Positions 1-11,669 of a DNA stretch of 64,000 nucleotides are shown one piece after another (the stretch's first letter is position 1; every line of letters begins with the position of its first letter). The stretch is from Mustelus asterias (Eukaryota). The notes beneath the pieces were generated by a model, which was not told the origin of the DNA, did no database searches, and was given only the letters and a program-made list of their open reading frames with translations. A program made the translations under genes and the position numbers. Location of the stretch: assembly GCF_964213995.1 (NCBI RefSeq), contig NW_027590185.1, positions 310,001 to 374,000 of the forward strand. The letters run 5' to 3'.

Positions 1-121
1 AACCCACAGCAATGTGGTTGACTCTCAAATGCCCTGTGAAATGGAGGGCAGTTGGGGATGGGCAGTAAATGCTGTCCCAGTTGGCGACGCCCACACCCCG
101 TTAAAAATGAATTAAAAAAAA
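1..121 (+). mobile_element. 3' part of a tRNA/DeuSINE-like SINE (SacSINE1-like)
   Basis: Matches the 3' half of the copy at 2608-2937 (CCCACAGCAATGTGGTTGACTCTCAAATGCC...AAATGCTG) and ends in an A-rich tail. Confidence 0.6.
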
Positions 122-159
122 TAGACTGGCCTGTTTGTGTTTTGTGTATCTCATGTATT

Positions 160-452
160 CATAGAATCCCTACAGTGCAGAAGGAGGCCTTTCAGACCAC
201 CCCACCCAGGCTATTCCCGTAACCCCACATATTTACCCCGCTAATCTCCCTAACCTACACATCTTGGGACAGAAAGGGGCAACCACCTAACCCGAACATC
301 TTTGGAGAGTGGGAGGAAACTGGAGCACCCGGAGGAAACCCACACAGACATGAGGAGAATGTGCAAACTCCATACAGACAGGTAACCAAGGCTACAATCG
401 AACCCAGGTCCCTGGTGCTGTGAGGCAGGAGTACTAGCCACTGTGCCATCCA
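160..452 (-). mobile_element. tRNA-derived V-SINE/HE1-like SINE
   Basis: Minus strand reads GGCACAGTGGCTAGTACT...GGGTTCGATT (A/B boxes), then the V-domain GTTTGCACATTCTCC...GGTTTCCTCCGGGTGCTCC, then a CR1-like tail. Confidence 0.75.
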
Positions 453-663
453 TGTAATTCTTTGTAAACTTATTTTGCAGGAAATTGAAGAGAAGGATTT
501 GCAGTCTGGATGATCGAATCTCACGTCAGACAGAGTCAATCGGTTCATCGGGATCTGAAAATTTGTGCATCTGAAGGGATTTAATTGACCATCTCAGTTG
601 GAAACTGGTGAGAATCTGTTTCCTTGCTCCTCCTGTGGGGAGGGATTGATACAGCTGGAAAAC

Positions 664-2541
664 ATGCTGACACGACAGCGAGCTCGCAACAGTGAGAGTT
701 CATTCACCTGCTCCGTGTGTGGGAAGAAATTCATGTGTTCGTCCAACCTGCTGGCTCACCAACTCGATCACATTGATGAGAAGCCTCTTCAAAGCTCTGG
801 CTCTGGGGACAGCGTTGAGACGCCTGAGGAACAGGCCCAACACCAGCTCCTTCACACTGACGAGAGACCGTTCAGCTGCTCCCACTGCGGGATGAGGTTC
901 AGCCAGTCCTCCCGCCTTGCAGAGCACCAGCTCCTTCACACACACGAGAGACCGTTCAGCTGCTCTCACTGTGGAGAGTCGTTCAGCAACTCAGTGCATC
1001 TCACTGAGCATCAACCAGTTCATACCAAGGACAGGCCATTCAGCTGCTCCCAGTGTGGGAAGAGATTCACTCAGTCCTCCCACTGCACCGTTCACCAACT
1101 GGTTCATTCTCAGAAGAGACATTTTAAATGTTTTAAATGTGAGAAGACCTTCAAAAGAAGCATTAGTCTGCTGAGACACCAGGACACTCACACCGGGGAG
1201 AAGCCGTACCCCTGTTCTGTTTGTGGGAAGAGATTCGCTCATTCATCTCATCTTCTGACACACAAGCGAGTTCACACTGGGGAGAGGCCTTTCCTCTGCT
1301 CCCTGTGTGGGAAGAGATTCACTCGATTTTCACGCCTTTTGACACACAAGAGTATTCACACTGGAGGGAAACCATTCACCTCCTCAATGTGTAGAAAGGA
1401 AGAAGTTCAATCAACTGACCAGCTGACACACCAGCGAGTTCACACTGGGGAGAAGCTGTTCACCTGCTCGGTGTGTGGGAAGGAATTCACTCAGTCTTAC
1501 TATCTTCTGAGGCACCGGCGAGTTCACACTGGGGAGAGGCCATTCCTCTGCTCCGTGTGTGGGAAGATGTTTCCTCGTTCATCCCAGCTTGTGATACACG
1601 AGCGTGTTCACACAGGGGAGGGGCCTTACGCTTGCCCTGTGTGTGGGAAAGCATTTGCTTCTTTACAACACCTGCTGAAACATCGGCCTGTTCACACCGG
1701 GGAGAGGGCGTTCATCTGCTCCGAGTGTGGGAAGGCTTTCACCGAGTCATCCAGCCTCCGGACACACCGCCGCACTCACACAGGGGAGAAGCCGTTCTCC
1801 TGCTCCATATGTGGCAAGAGATTCACTCAGTCATCTGACCTGCTGAGACACCAATACATTCACACAGGGGACAGGCCGTTCACCTGCTCTGTGTGTGGGA
1901 AGGGATTCATTGGTTCATCCCGCCTGCAGACACACCAGCGAGTTCACACTGCGACAGAACCGTTCACCTGCTCTGTGTGTGGGAAGGGATTCACTGATCC
2001 ATCCCACCTGCAGAGACACCAGCGAGTTCACACCGGGGAGAAGCCGTTCACCTGCTCTGTGTGTGGGAAGGGATACACTCAGGTATCGAACCTGCAGAGA
2101 CACCAGCGAGTTCACACTGGAGAGAGGCCGTTCCTGTGCTCTGTGTGTGGAAAGGGATTCGCTCAGTCGTCCAGCCTGCTGAGACACCAACGCATTCACA
2201 CCGGGGAGAAGCCGTTCACCTGCTCTGTGTGTGGGAAGGGATTCACTGATCCATCCCGCCTGCAGAGACACCAGCGAGTTCACACTGGGGCAAAACCGTT
2301 CACCTGCTCTGTGTGTGGGAAGGGATTCACTGATCCATCCCGCCTGCAGAGACACCAGCGAGTTCACACCGGGACAGAACCGTTCACCTGCTCTGTGTGT
2401 GGGAAGGGATTCACTGATCCATCCCGCCTGCAGAGACACCAGCGAGTTCACACTGGGGCAAAACCGTTCAACTGCTCCATGTGTGGGAAGGGATTTAATC
2501 AGTATTACAGCCTGCTGAAACATAGACGACTTCATGTGTGA
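664..2541 (+). CDS. Tandem C2H2 zinc-finger protein, ~20 intact fingers plus degenerate ones, no effector domain seen
   Basis: ORF 598-2541 with repeated CxxC..HxxxH and TGE(K/R)PF linkers. ORF-track start is TTG; first in-frame ATG is 664. Splice acceptor TTTTGCAG ends at 480, homologous to those of the other ZNF genes. Confidence 0.85.
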   Translation: MLTRQRARNSESSFTCSVCGKKFMCSSNLLAHQLDHIDEKPLQSSGSGDSVETPEEQAQHQLLHTDERPFSCSHCGMRFSQSSRLAEHQLLHTHERPFSCSHCGESFSNSVHLTEHQPVHTKDRPFSCSQCGKRFTQSSHCTVHQLVHSQKRHFKCFKCEKTFKRSISLLRHQDTHTGEKPYPCSVCGKRFAHSSHLLTHKRVHTGERPFLCSLCGKRFTRFSRLLTHKSIHTGGKPFTSSMCRKEEVQSTDQLTHQRVHTGEKLFTCSVCGKEFTQSYYLLRHRRVHTGERPFLCSVCGKMFPRSSQLVIHERVHTGEGPYACPVCGKAFASLQHLLKHRPVHTGERAFICSECGKAFTESSSLRTHRRTHTGEKPFSCSICGKRFTQSSDLLRHQYIHTGDRPFTCSVCGKGFIGSSRLQTHQRVHTATEPFTCSVCGKGFTDPSHLQRHQRVHTGEKPFTCSVCGKGYTQVSNLQRHQRVHTGERPFLCSVCGKGFAQSSSLLRHQRIHTGEKPFTCSVCGKGFTDPSRLQRHQRVHTGAKPFTCSVCGKGFTDPSRLQRHQRVHTGTEPFTCSVCGKGFTDPSRLQRHQRVHTGAKPFNCSMCGKGFNQYYSLLKHRRLHV

Positions 2542-2607
2542 CCGGCAAAGTTGGATTCTGTTGTTTCTGCGCCCTGAGATAAACAGTAACAATTGGATCA
2601 ATAGTTG

Positions 2608-2937
2608 AGGCAGTGGCACAGTGGAATTATCACTGGACTCAGGGTAAGGCTCTGGGGACCCAGGTTCGAATCCCACCACAGGCAATGGTGAAATTTGAAT
2701 TCAATTAAAATCTCGAATTAAAAGTCTAATGACAAACCTTAACCATTGTTGATCGTCGTCAAAACCAATCTGGTTCAGTAATGTCGTCCTTACTTGGTCT
2801 GGCCTACATGTGACTCCAGACCCACAGCAATGTGGTTGACTCTCAAATGCCTTCTGAAATGGAGGCAGTTAGAGATGTGCAAGAAATGCTGGCCCAGCCA
2901 GTGACGCTTATATCCAGTAAAAATGAATTTTTAAAAA
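2608..2937 (+). mobile_element. tRNA-headed SINE (DeuSINE/SacSINE1-like)
   Basis: GTGGCACAGTGG A box, GGTTCGAATCCC B box, body shared with 1-121. Confidence 0.65.
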
Positions 2938-4524
2938 GTTCCTCAGTATCTCAGTAACCTCCTCCAGCCCCACAACACTCTGTGTAAATACAAGTTGTTG
3001 ATGATTATGCCCTGAGATAGAAAATGTGAACCCGATTCCCCTCGTCCACCAACACAGCAACTTCTTCATAAAAATTGAAGCACATGGGATTGGGGTGAAT
3101 GTATTGAGATTGAAAACTTGTTGGCAGACAGTAGAGTAAGATTAAACAGGTCTTTTTCCAACTGGCAGGCAGTGATTATTGGGGTAATGCAGGATCAGTG
3201 CTGAGACCCCAGTTAGTCACCTGCCATGGGTCTTCTGTTTTTATCCCCCCTGTTTACAATGCATCATTTCTCAATTGTTGCTTCTTAATATTCTAATTTA
3301 AAACCATGGATAAGCTCAAACCACTTTTGGATAACCTGTGACTCCCTGATCAAGAATCTTACCGACCACTGCATGCCATTCTGGTCACCGTATTATAAAA
3401 AAGATATCTCGGCACTGGAGAAAGGTACAGAGATGATTTTTAATGATGATACCAGAAATGTAGAAAGCAGCTCACCATCACCTTCTCAAGGTCAATCAGA
3501 GGTTAGCAATAAATGCTGGCCAAGCTCGCGATGTCCACATCCCATAAATGATTTTTAAACTGTGTGTTTGGTTATCTATCAGGAAAGGATTGACACGCTC
3601 ACGCTTTCTTGAAAAATTAAGGCTGAGGAGTAACCTAATAGAGGGCTTCAAAATTATAAAAGGTTTTGAAATAATGTTTCCTCTTGTGCAGAAGGGCAAA
3701 ACTGGAGACCATCAATACAAGACAGTCGCCAAGAAACCCAATAGGAAATCCAAGATAAATTTCTCCACCCAAAGAGTGGTGAGAATATGGAAATCATGAC
3801 CACAGGGAGTGAAATGAACAGTATAGATGTCTTTCAGGGGAAGCTCAACAAGTATTTGTGTGTGATTTTATAATTCATTCAGGATTTATTTCAAAAAAAC
3901 TAAGAACAGTAAGGTAACAGGAGATATTTTGAGGCATCTGAGAGTCTTTCTGTGTGTGAGGGTGTCTGTGAGTGTGTGTGTTACTTCTCATTGGTTTCAC
4001 ACCAACATTCCTCTTTCTGAGCAGACATTCTGGCCCCTGATAAACCCATTGAGTGATTTGAATGGTACAATTCAGAGATTCTTCATCCAGGGTGAAACCA
4101 CAGGCTGACTGTGTGCTGTGTAAAACCTGACATCTACACAACCTAATCCCACTTCTCCTGGAACAACTTGAAGTGACTACAATTTTCCAGATTGATTTCT
4201 TTGCTCTCAATATTATTTCAGATAGTTCATAAATTCCATGAGTACGTTATCCTTTAACACACCTATGGTGTCCAGTTTAAAAACTTCCCTCAGTCTGACC
4301 AACATATAGCAATGGGATTGCTGCTATTACAGGAATCCATTCTGTAAATCTGATTCCTGGCTCTCTGGATTAATGCATTGATCCAGACCTTCCCACTTAA
4401 CACCAATCCATACCCCATCTGAGTTCCAGATTTTAACATGATTTCTCAAAACGCAGGCAGCAGGGTGGCACAGTGATCAGCAGCGCCAGGGACCTGAGTT
4501 CAATCCTGGCCTCAGGTATTACAA

Positions 4525-5190
4525 GGAAGCTTACATTAACACTGCAATGAAGTTACTGTGAAAATCCCCTAGTCGTCACACTTGGCACCTGTTTAGGTGC
4601 ACTGAAGGAGAATTTAGCACGGCCAATGCAGCTAAGCAGCATGTCTTTCGGACTGTGGGAGGAAACCTGAGCACCCAGAGGAAACCCATGCAGCTACAGA
4701 GAGAATGTGCAAACTCCACACAGTCACCCAAGACTGGAATTGAACCGGATCCCTGGCACTCTGAGGTAGCATTGCTAACCACCGTGCCACAGCTCTCTGT
4801 GTGGAGTTTGCACGTTCTCCCTGTGTCTGCATGGGTTTGCTCAGAGTGCTCCAATTTCATCCCACACTCCAAAGATGTGCAGGTTAGGTGGATTGGCCAT
4901 GGCAAATTGCCTCTTAGTGTATGGGTTGGGGGAATTAATGGGGTAAATACATGTCACACAAAATCCTTCTTCATCTCAAACTATAAATCTCTGTCCCCAC
5001 AGACTTCCTCCTTCCTAAAGTAAAGTTTATTTATAAGTCACAAGTAAGGCTTACATTAACACTGCAATGAAGTTACTGTGAAATTCCCCTAATTGCCACC
5101 ATCCGGCGCCTGTTCGGGTCAATGCACCTAATCAGCATGTCTTTCAGACTGTGGGAGGAAACTGGAGCACGTGGAGGAAACTCATGCAGG
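4525..5190. mobile_element. Cluster of V-SINE copies in both orientations
   Basis: Minus copy ~4525-4790, plus copy ~4795-4950, minus 3' fragment ~5025-5190; the GCTTACATTAACACTGCAATGAAGTTACTGTG tail occurs twice. Confidence 0.7.
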
Positions 5191-5469
5191 CCTATTGATA
5201 CGATTGATTGTAACACTATCCTTCACCTTCTTTTTCCCCAGTTCTCCTCCCCTGAAGGTGCTGACTCTCGGGATCAGTTTCACACTCACCTGCTGCCTTC
5301 CCCAATGTCACCCAAGTGTCTAAATCTTTCCACCTGAAGTTAACAAACTGTTTTGTAAAGGGGACATCCCAATGCAATCCAGTGACTCCCCACATGTACT
5401 TTGTGTCAGGGTGGGGTCACTGCGCCCCCCACTCCCACTTTCCATCACAGTCCCGGGAGTTTAGAGACT

Positions 5470-5780
5470 GGGATCCGCATGAGTAATGGCGGCCGCAGCT
5501 CCCACAATCGCCCACGATGGAGAAACCGCTCTATCCACCACGCGGGCGGGCCACATTGGGCTGCGCATGTCCAGAGGAGAGAGGAGGCTGCGCATGTGCA
5601 AAGAGATCTCACCCACCCCCCCACCCCATGACGTTCATGCTGAAGTGTTGACCAATGGAAAGAGTTGGAGGACCGGAAGGACTCTGGTCCTCCAGTCAAT
5701 CAGAGTGCGGGCGTTTTGTGAATGAACATGGAGATGCAGTCAGACAAAATTTTCCCGCTCTCCCTAATATCTGTGAGTAA
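5470..5780 (+). promoter_or_regulatory. CpG-island promoter and first exon of ZNF gene at 6.5 kb
   Basis: AATGGCGGCC (YY1-like), CTCCCACAATCGCCCACG (ZNF143-like), two TGCGCATG (NRF1-like), CCAAT, TGGAGGACC-n11-GGTCCTCCA with CCGGAAG; donor GTGAGT at 5773; exon 2 5961-6026; acceptor ending at 6194. Confidence 0.75.
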
Positions 5781-6520
5781 AACACTTTCTTTTCTCCCCC
5801 TTTCAATTTATTTTCTCATTCTGGGGAAAATTGGGGACTTGCGGCAACTGAAGGGAATGAAGTGAATCCAGTCTGTACATTCCACACATTTTTACTCCAG
5901 TCATATAGACATTTATCTGTCTGGCAGCCTGCATGGAGGTTTTCAGCTCTCTGTGTCCAGGACAGGAAGCAGTGAGCATGGATTTGTCAATCAGCCTCAA
6001 TCAGCACCTTCAGGAGAATTGGGAGGGTGAATATTAGATACAGCGGAGTGAGAATGGAGGGAGAGTGTGTGGGATGGAGATTCACAGCTTTTGGAGAATG
6101 AGGGAGGAAAGAATGTTCCATAGAAACTAGAACTGTCTGTTCTGAATTTCTAACCTGTACTGACAGTGATGAATTTAATAAATTCCTTTTACAGAATATC
6201 AGAAGGTGAGGATTTACAGACAGTAATCTCAAAGCAAATGTCACATCAATATCTGACAGAGTCATTTAATTCATCATGTCCTGAACATCATCAGCCTTTG
6301 TACCTAGAGGGAGAAATATTTCTCTGTTCTTTTTGCTTCTGGAGATTTTAAACATCAGCGTGACTGAGAATTTACCAAGTCTCACGCACACACCCGAGTG
6401 AGAGTGTTCCAGTGCACTGACTCTGGAAAGAGCTTTAACCAGGGACACAGTCTGCAAAAAACATTGCGGCATTCACAGTGGGGAGAGACTGTACCCGTGT
6501 ACTGTGTGAGATTTAACTGA

Positions 6521-7315
6521 TTGTTTAACCTGGAGAGTCACAAGGACACCCGAACCATAGAGAAACCGTGGAAATGTGGGGACTGTGGGAAGGGATTCAG
6601 GTTCCCATCTGAGCTGGAAATTCATCAACGCAGTCACACTGGGGAGCGGCCGTTCACCTGCTCTGTGTGTGGGAAGGGATCCTATGATTCATCCAACCTG
6701 CAAACACACCAACGAATTCACACGGGGAAGAGACCATTCACCTGTTCTGATTGTGGTACTGGATTTACTCAGTTATGTCATCTGCAGACACACCAGCAAA
6801 TTCACACTGCAGAGAGACCATTTACCTGTCCTGTGTGTGGGAAGGGATTCACTGACTTATCCAGCCTGCGGATACACCAGCGAGTACATTCCGGGGAGAG
6901 GCCGTTCAACTGTCCTGTGTGTGGGGAAGGATTCACTTGGTTATCCAGCATGCGCAGACACAGAGTCACTCACAGCAATGAGAGACCCTATAAATGCTCT
7001 GAATGTGGGAGCGACTTCAAAAGCTCTCAGGTTCTGATGTCCCACCAGCGCATTCACACTGAGGAGAGACCGTTCAGTTGCTCTCACTGCTCAAAGAGAT
7101 TTAGAATGTCATCCTATCTGCGGGTACACCAGCGAGTTCACACTGGGGAGAAACAATTCACTTGCTCTGCCTGTGGAAAGGGATTCACTCAGTTAACCAA
7201 TCTGCAGAGACACCAGCGAGTTCATACTGGGGAGAGGCCATTCACCTGCACCTTGTGTGGGAACGGGTTCACTCAGTCATCCCACCTGCAGACACACCAG
7301 CGAGTTCACAAGTGA
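6521..7315 (+). CDS. C2H2 zinc-finger array (9 fingers); family start ATG changed to ATA, possible pseudogene
   Basis: Open frame with 9 fingers; ACC-ATA-GAG-AAA-CCG-TGG at 6554-6571 where paralogs have ACC-ATG-GAG. Confidence 0.7.
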   Translation: MFNLESHKDTRTIEKPWKCGDCGKGFRFPSELEIHQRSHTGERPFTCSVCGKGSYDSSNLQTHQRIHTGKRPFTCSDCGTGFTQLCHLQTHQQIHTAERPFTCPVCGKGFTDLSSLRIHQRVHSGERPFNCPVCGEGFTWLSSMRRHRVTHSNERPYKCSECGSDFKSSQVLMSHQRIHTEERPFSCSHCSKRFRMSSYLRVHQRVHTGEKQFTCSACGKGFTQLTNLQRHQRVHTGERPFTCTLCGNGFTQSSHLQTHQRVHK

Positions 7316-8274
7316 TCACAGGGGTTGCATTCTGCTGTTATTGCTGCTGTTAATCACATCCGGGACTGGGCTCATTGGCAGGCTCTTTAACAGAAAGTGA
7401 GTCCCTCTAAGGTAATTGGCAAAAGAGCCAGAGGGGGAGATGAGACTTTATTTTTGACACAGCGATGTTAGAAAATGGGGTTCAGGGAGTCAATTAGCCC
7501 TTTCTCCCCTTTTCCCAAACTCTGAAATGATTGCCAGTGATAACCCTTATTGGTGACAGTGGTTAGATTTTATTCAGTATCAATAAGAGCTGACACAGGC
7601 TAATGTCTGAGCAGTCGTATCAAAGTGCAGCAGCATTACCATTACACTCTGGGTAGAAGCAGCATCTCCACGGAAATGCTCCCTGCTCTGCCCCAGATGC
7701 CATGGCACCAGTCAATGCAATATGTAAAACCTCGACAAACCTCTGTGCTCGGGAATCCCTTCTCATACTTTTTTACATCACAAAGTCTATGGAGACTGAT
7801 ATAACCCAATCATTGCCCGGCTAACATTTGAACGGACCAATTACAAAACCAAATGGTGCAAAGGGACAAGAGGGACATGAGTCTCTGGAAGGTGTTGAAG
7901 ATAATTTTCTGCAGCAGTGTGTTTCTGCTCCAATGAGAGGGCAGGCACTGCTGGACCTGGTTCTGGGGAATGAGTTGGCCCAAGTGGATCAAATATCAGT
8001 GGGAGAGCATTGAGGGGAGAGTGACCATTGTATCATAAGGTTCAGGTTGGCCATGGAAAAGGACAAGGAACAATCCATAAGAGAGATCATTAATCTAGGG
8101 AAAGCCTCACCTTCGATAGGATGAGAATGGATCTGAGTCGAGTGAGTTGGAATCAAATGTTGGCAGAAAAGCTGATGGCTGAACAATGGGTCACCTTTAA
8201 GGAAAATCTATTGCGGGCGATGTCAGGGTATATTCCCTTAAAGGGGAAGGTTGGAGAACTAAATCCAGGGAACC

Positions 8275-8990
8275 AAATCGTCAAACCTGGAGAGTCACAA
8301 GGCCGTCCATACCCTGACGATATGGTGGAAATGTGGGGATTGTAGGAAAGGACTCCATGCCCCCTGTGAACTGGAAACCCATCGACCCAGGCACAGCAGA
8401 AAGAGGCGCCCATCTGCTCTGTGTGTGGGAAGGGATTCATTGATTCACCCACTCTGCAGCAACACCAGCGAGTTCACACTGGGGAGAGGCCACTCACCTG
8501 CTCTGTGTGGGGGAAGAGATTCAGTAATTCCTCCATTCTGCTGATATACCAGCAAGTTCACACTGGGGAGAGGCCGTTCACTTGTTCTGAGTGCGGAAGG
8601 GAGTCAATGACTCATCAACCCTGCTGATACACCAGCGCATTCACACGGGAGAGAGGCCATTCCCCTACTCTGAGTGTAGGAAGGGATTCACTCAGTTATC
8701 CAATCTGCTGAGACACCAGCGCACTCACACCAATGAGAAAACATTTAAATGCTCTGATTGTGGGAGTTGCTTCAGAAACTCTGCCGACCTGAAGATCCAC
8801 CAGCACATTCACACTGAGGAGAGACCGTTCTGCTGCTCTCACTGCACAAGGAGGTTTCGAACATCATCCAAGCGACTGAGCCATTGGCGAGTTCACACTG
8901 GGGAGAGGCCTTTCACCCACCCTGTGTGTGGATGGGATTCACTTGGTCATCGGAGCTGCTGGGACACTCGGGCAGTCACACTGATTGGAG
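8275..8990 (+). pseudogene. Zinc-finger pseudogene fused downstream of a CR1 fragment (~7860-8270)
   Basis: Finger remnants split over ORFs 8421-8627 and 8591-9034 (frameshift), an upstream in-frame TAG, and C->W/Y substitutions. Confidence 0.8.
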
Positions 8991-10089
8991 CCTTTCTTGA
9001 TGCTCTGACTGTGGGTGTTAATTGTATCGATTAAGGTGAACTACATGGAGGTTATTGATTGGATCTATAAAGGGACAGTTAGTGACGGTGCCTGGAGTTA
9101 GGAGGTATACACCTGTAATGTTTCACTCCGTGAATAAATCTACACCAAATAAAGATTGACTCCACCCTAAGGCTGTCAGGATTATCACATTCTTTGCAGC
9201 ACAGGTTTCTTTCCTCAACTCCAGTAGATGTTCCGACAGTTTCAGCATCCACTTCTTGTTGGGAAGCAGCATCTCAGTAAGTTTCCCTTTGGATCATCGG
9301 TTATCCTCACCCGCTCTGTTGTGGGGTATTTTGAGATGGCCAATTATGTTTTAACTTAATGTCAAACTCATGAGGCAGGTATCTCTGTATAAAGATGTAA
9401 CATTTATTTTAAAAAGACAAACAAACAAGCAGCTGCCCGGAGACCATCAAAGGGTTAAGTAGCTCCAGAGCGGCAAAACCTCTCAGCTGGTTCTGACATG
9501 TACAATCAAAAACAGATCAATTATAGATTTTCTTATCAATAATTCCTGCCTTATATTAGCTTAAAATCAATTACATTCAGTATACACACATCAATATAAA
9601 TCTCTATCAAGTACCCCAGCCAACCACATTCTGCCAGTCAGCATAATGATATCTCATTAGCCATTCAATGCCAGGCGCTCACACCCATCTTGGCTGAACT
9701 CATCCCTATTGCTAAGTAACTATAACCGCTCATCATAGAGGTCAAAGTGAACAGACATGTGTTCCTGTGTCCAGGTACATATCTATTCTATGTCCAGACA
9801 ATGAATATCTCTTTTCATAAAGTTTCAATGTGTGTTCCCTCATAAGAAACTTTCTGATATAAATTCTGCGAACTAAAGGGATCCCAGGCCTTTGGCTCTG
9901 AACTTTTAGCTGATACCATCATACTTTGCAGCATCTTTGCTTTTGGGTGATGTGAGCAATACTTAGAACATTTTCAAAATACATTAAAAAATATCAGCAT
10001 ATGTTTTCAAATTGTAATTGTTTAATCTTACTGCATACACATATGTCTAGTCTATTCCCCTGTTAGCTATCAACTAGTTTCAAGAATCA

Positions 10090-10447
10090 TTCTGAGGGGC
10101 TTGGATAGAGTGGACGTGGAGAGGATGTTTCCAAGAGTGGGAGAGACTAGAACTCGAGGGCACAATCTCAGAGTGAAGGGACGCTCCTTTAAAACTGAGA
10201 TGAGAAGGAATTTCTTCAGTCAGAGAGTGGTGAATCTGTGGAATTCATTGCCACATAGGGCTGTGGAGGTCGGGTCATTGAGTGTCTTTAAGACAGAGAT
10301 AGATAGGTTCTTGATCAATAAGGGGATCAACGGTTACAGGGAGAAGGTAGGAGAATGGGGATGAGAATCATATCAGCCATGATTGAATGGTGGAGCAGAC
10401 TCGATGGGGAAACGGCCTATTTCTGCTCCTATATCTTATGGTCTTAT
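10090..10447 (+). mobile_element. CR1 LINE 3' fragment
   Basis: DRVDVERMFP..TRGHNLR..RRNFFSQRVVNLWNSLP CR1 ORF2 C-terminus plus 3' UTR. Confidence 0.8.
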
Positions 10448-11669
10448 TTAACTCTTTATTACTATTCTGTCTGAAAATCTTATGAGCTGGTTAGGAATCC
10501 CCCTCTACCCGCTCCCTGTGAGGAGGCCGGATGTGGATTATTACCAAAAGTCTGATTGTCGGTGGGGGGTCTGGTGGGTGGAAGCAGAACCTGGAGTTGG
10601 GCAGTGGGTGTTACCGTACTGGTATTGAGGCTCCTGGGTGGTCACACTGTGTTCCCCTTCTCCATGGGATGCCACCTGCGTGGGTTCATGGTGGGCACTG
10701 GAAATTTCCAGCATACAGTTTAGTGTGGTGTTACATCCCCCTCCCTACAGGGTGTGGGCGGACAACATTCCTCCCTTTCTCCCAACACCCCACAAACAAG
10801 ATTCCCGGAGAGAGGGATCCACTGAGTTATAGTCAGTACATTTAATCAATGCAGTAGATTGTGTGGACATAAAAGATTCTCCAGCTCTCCATTCACCTGG
10901 ATCCATCTTGTGGATAAATGTTATGAAATAGTATTTCTCCCGAGCCTTCAATTGTCCCAATCCAAAACTCCTTTAAGCTTCAGTCCATCTTCATTGTCTT
11001 AAAGTCCGTTTGTCTATGGGGTTTGTGTCAGTGCCTTGATCATTTCAAAATGTTTTCTTACTCTTCAGGCCATGTTTACCACTGCATGCCGTGTATTCTG
11101 AAGGAGTCTGCATCAGTGTCCTGTACACCCTGTCCTAATGGGTAAGTACTGTTAGGAGGCTGAGGAACCACTTCCACCTCTTTCCTGTGCTATTTCTCAC
11201 CTGTACCCAGTCTGATCCTTCGTGTTGCTATTTCAAGCTGACATCTCTCACGACTGTACTAATATCATCCTTCATTAACAGAGCTACCCCACCTCCTTTT
11301 CCAAGCTTCCTATCTTTTCAAAGTGTCAAATACTCTGCAATATTTAGTTCCCAGCCTTGGTCACTCTGTAACCATTGTTAGGACACCAGGCCGGAACTCC
11401 AAGTTATATTAGGAAGCCAGACTAGACACCAACATTTATCTTTTTGGGAAAAATGTGAGGAGAGGAGACTTTGCTCCAGGAGTGATGAGAAAATAGGGAT
11501 TTTTTAATATTAAAATAAACTTTATTCACAACAGTTTAAATACAACACGAACAACGCAAACAATTAACAGCTGAACAATACTTAAAATGAAAGGAAACAA
11601 TTTAATTTCTAACTTAGCAACATCCGTTCAGAGGTTCAAATCCCACTTTAAATACAGTTAACAAGCACA

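Noticed and set aside
2608-2680. tRNA gene-like A/B boxes (also 46860, 51710)
   Set aside because: SINE heads continuing into SINE bodies; no complete cloverleaf
1915-2685. 256-aa antisense ORF and other off-frame ORFs over ZNF arrays (e.g. 14816-15553, 36082-36717, 36149-37051)
   Set aside because: By-products of 84-bp finger repeats whose codons lack stops in other frames; the peptides are repetitive shadows
5978-6026. Exon-2 ATG frame MDLSISLNQHLQENWE as a CtBP-like (DLS) effector
   Set aside because: Splices into a stop within ~10 codons, lacks the Pro of PxDLS, and the ATG is CTG in the 16-kb copy
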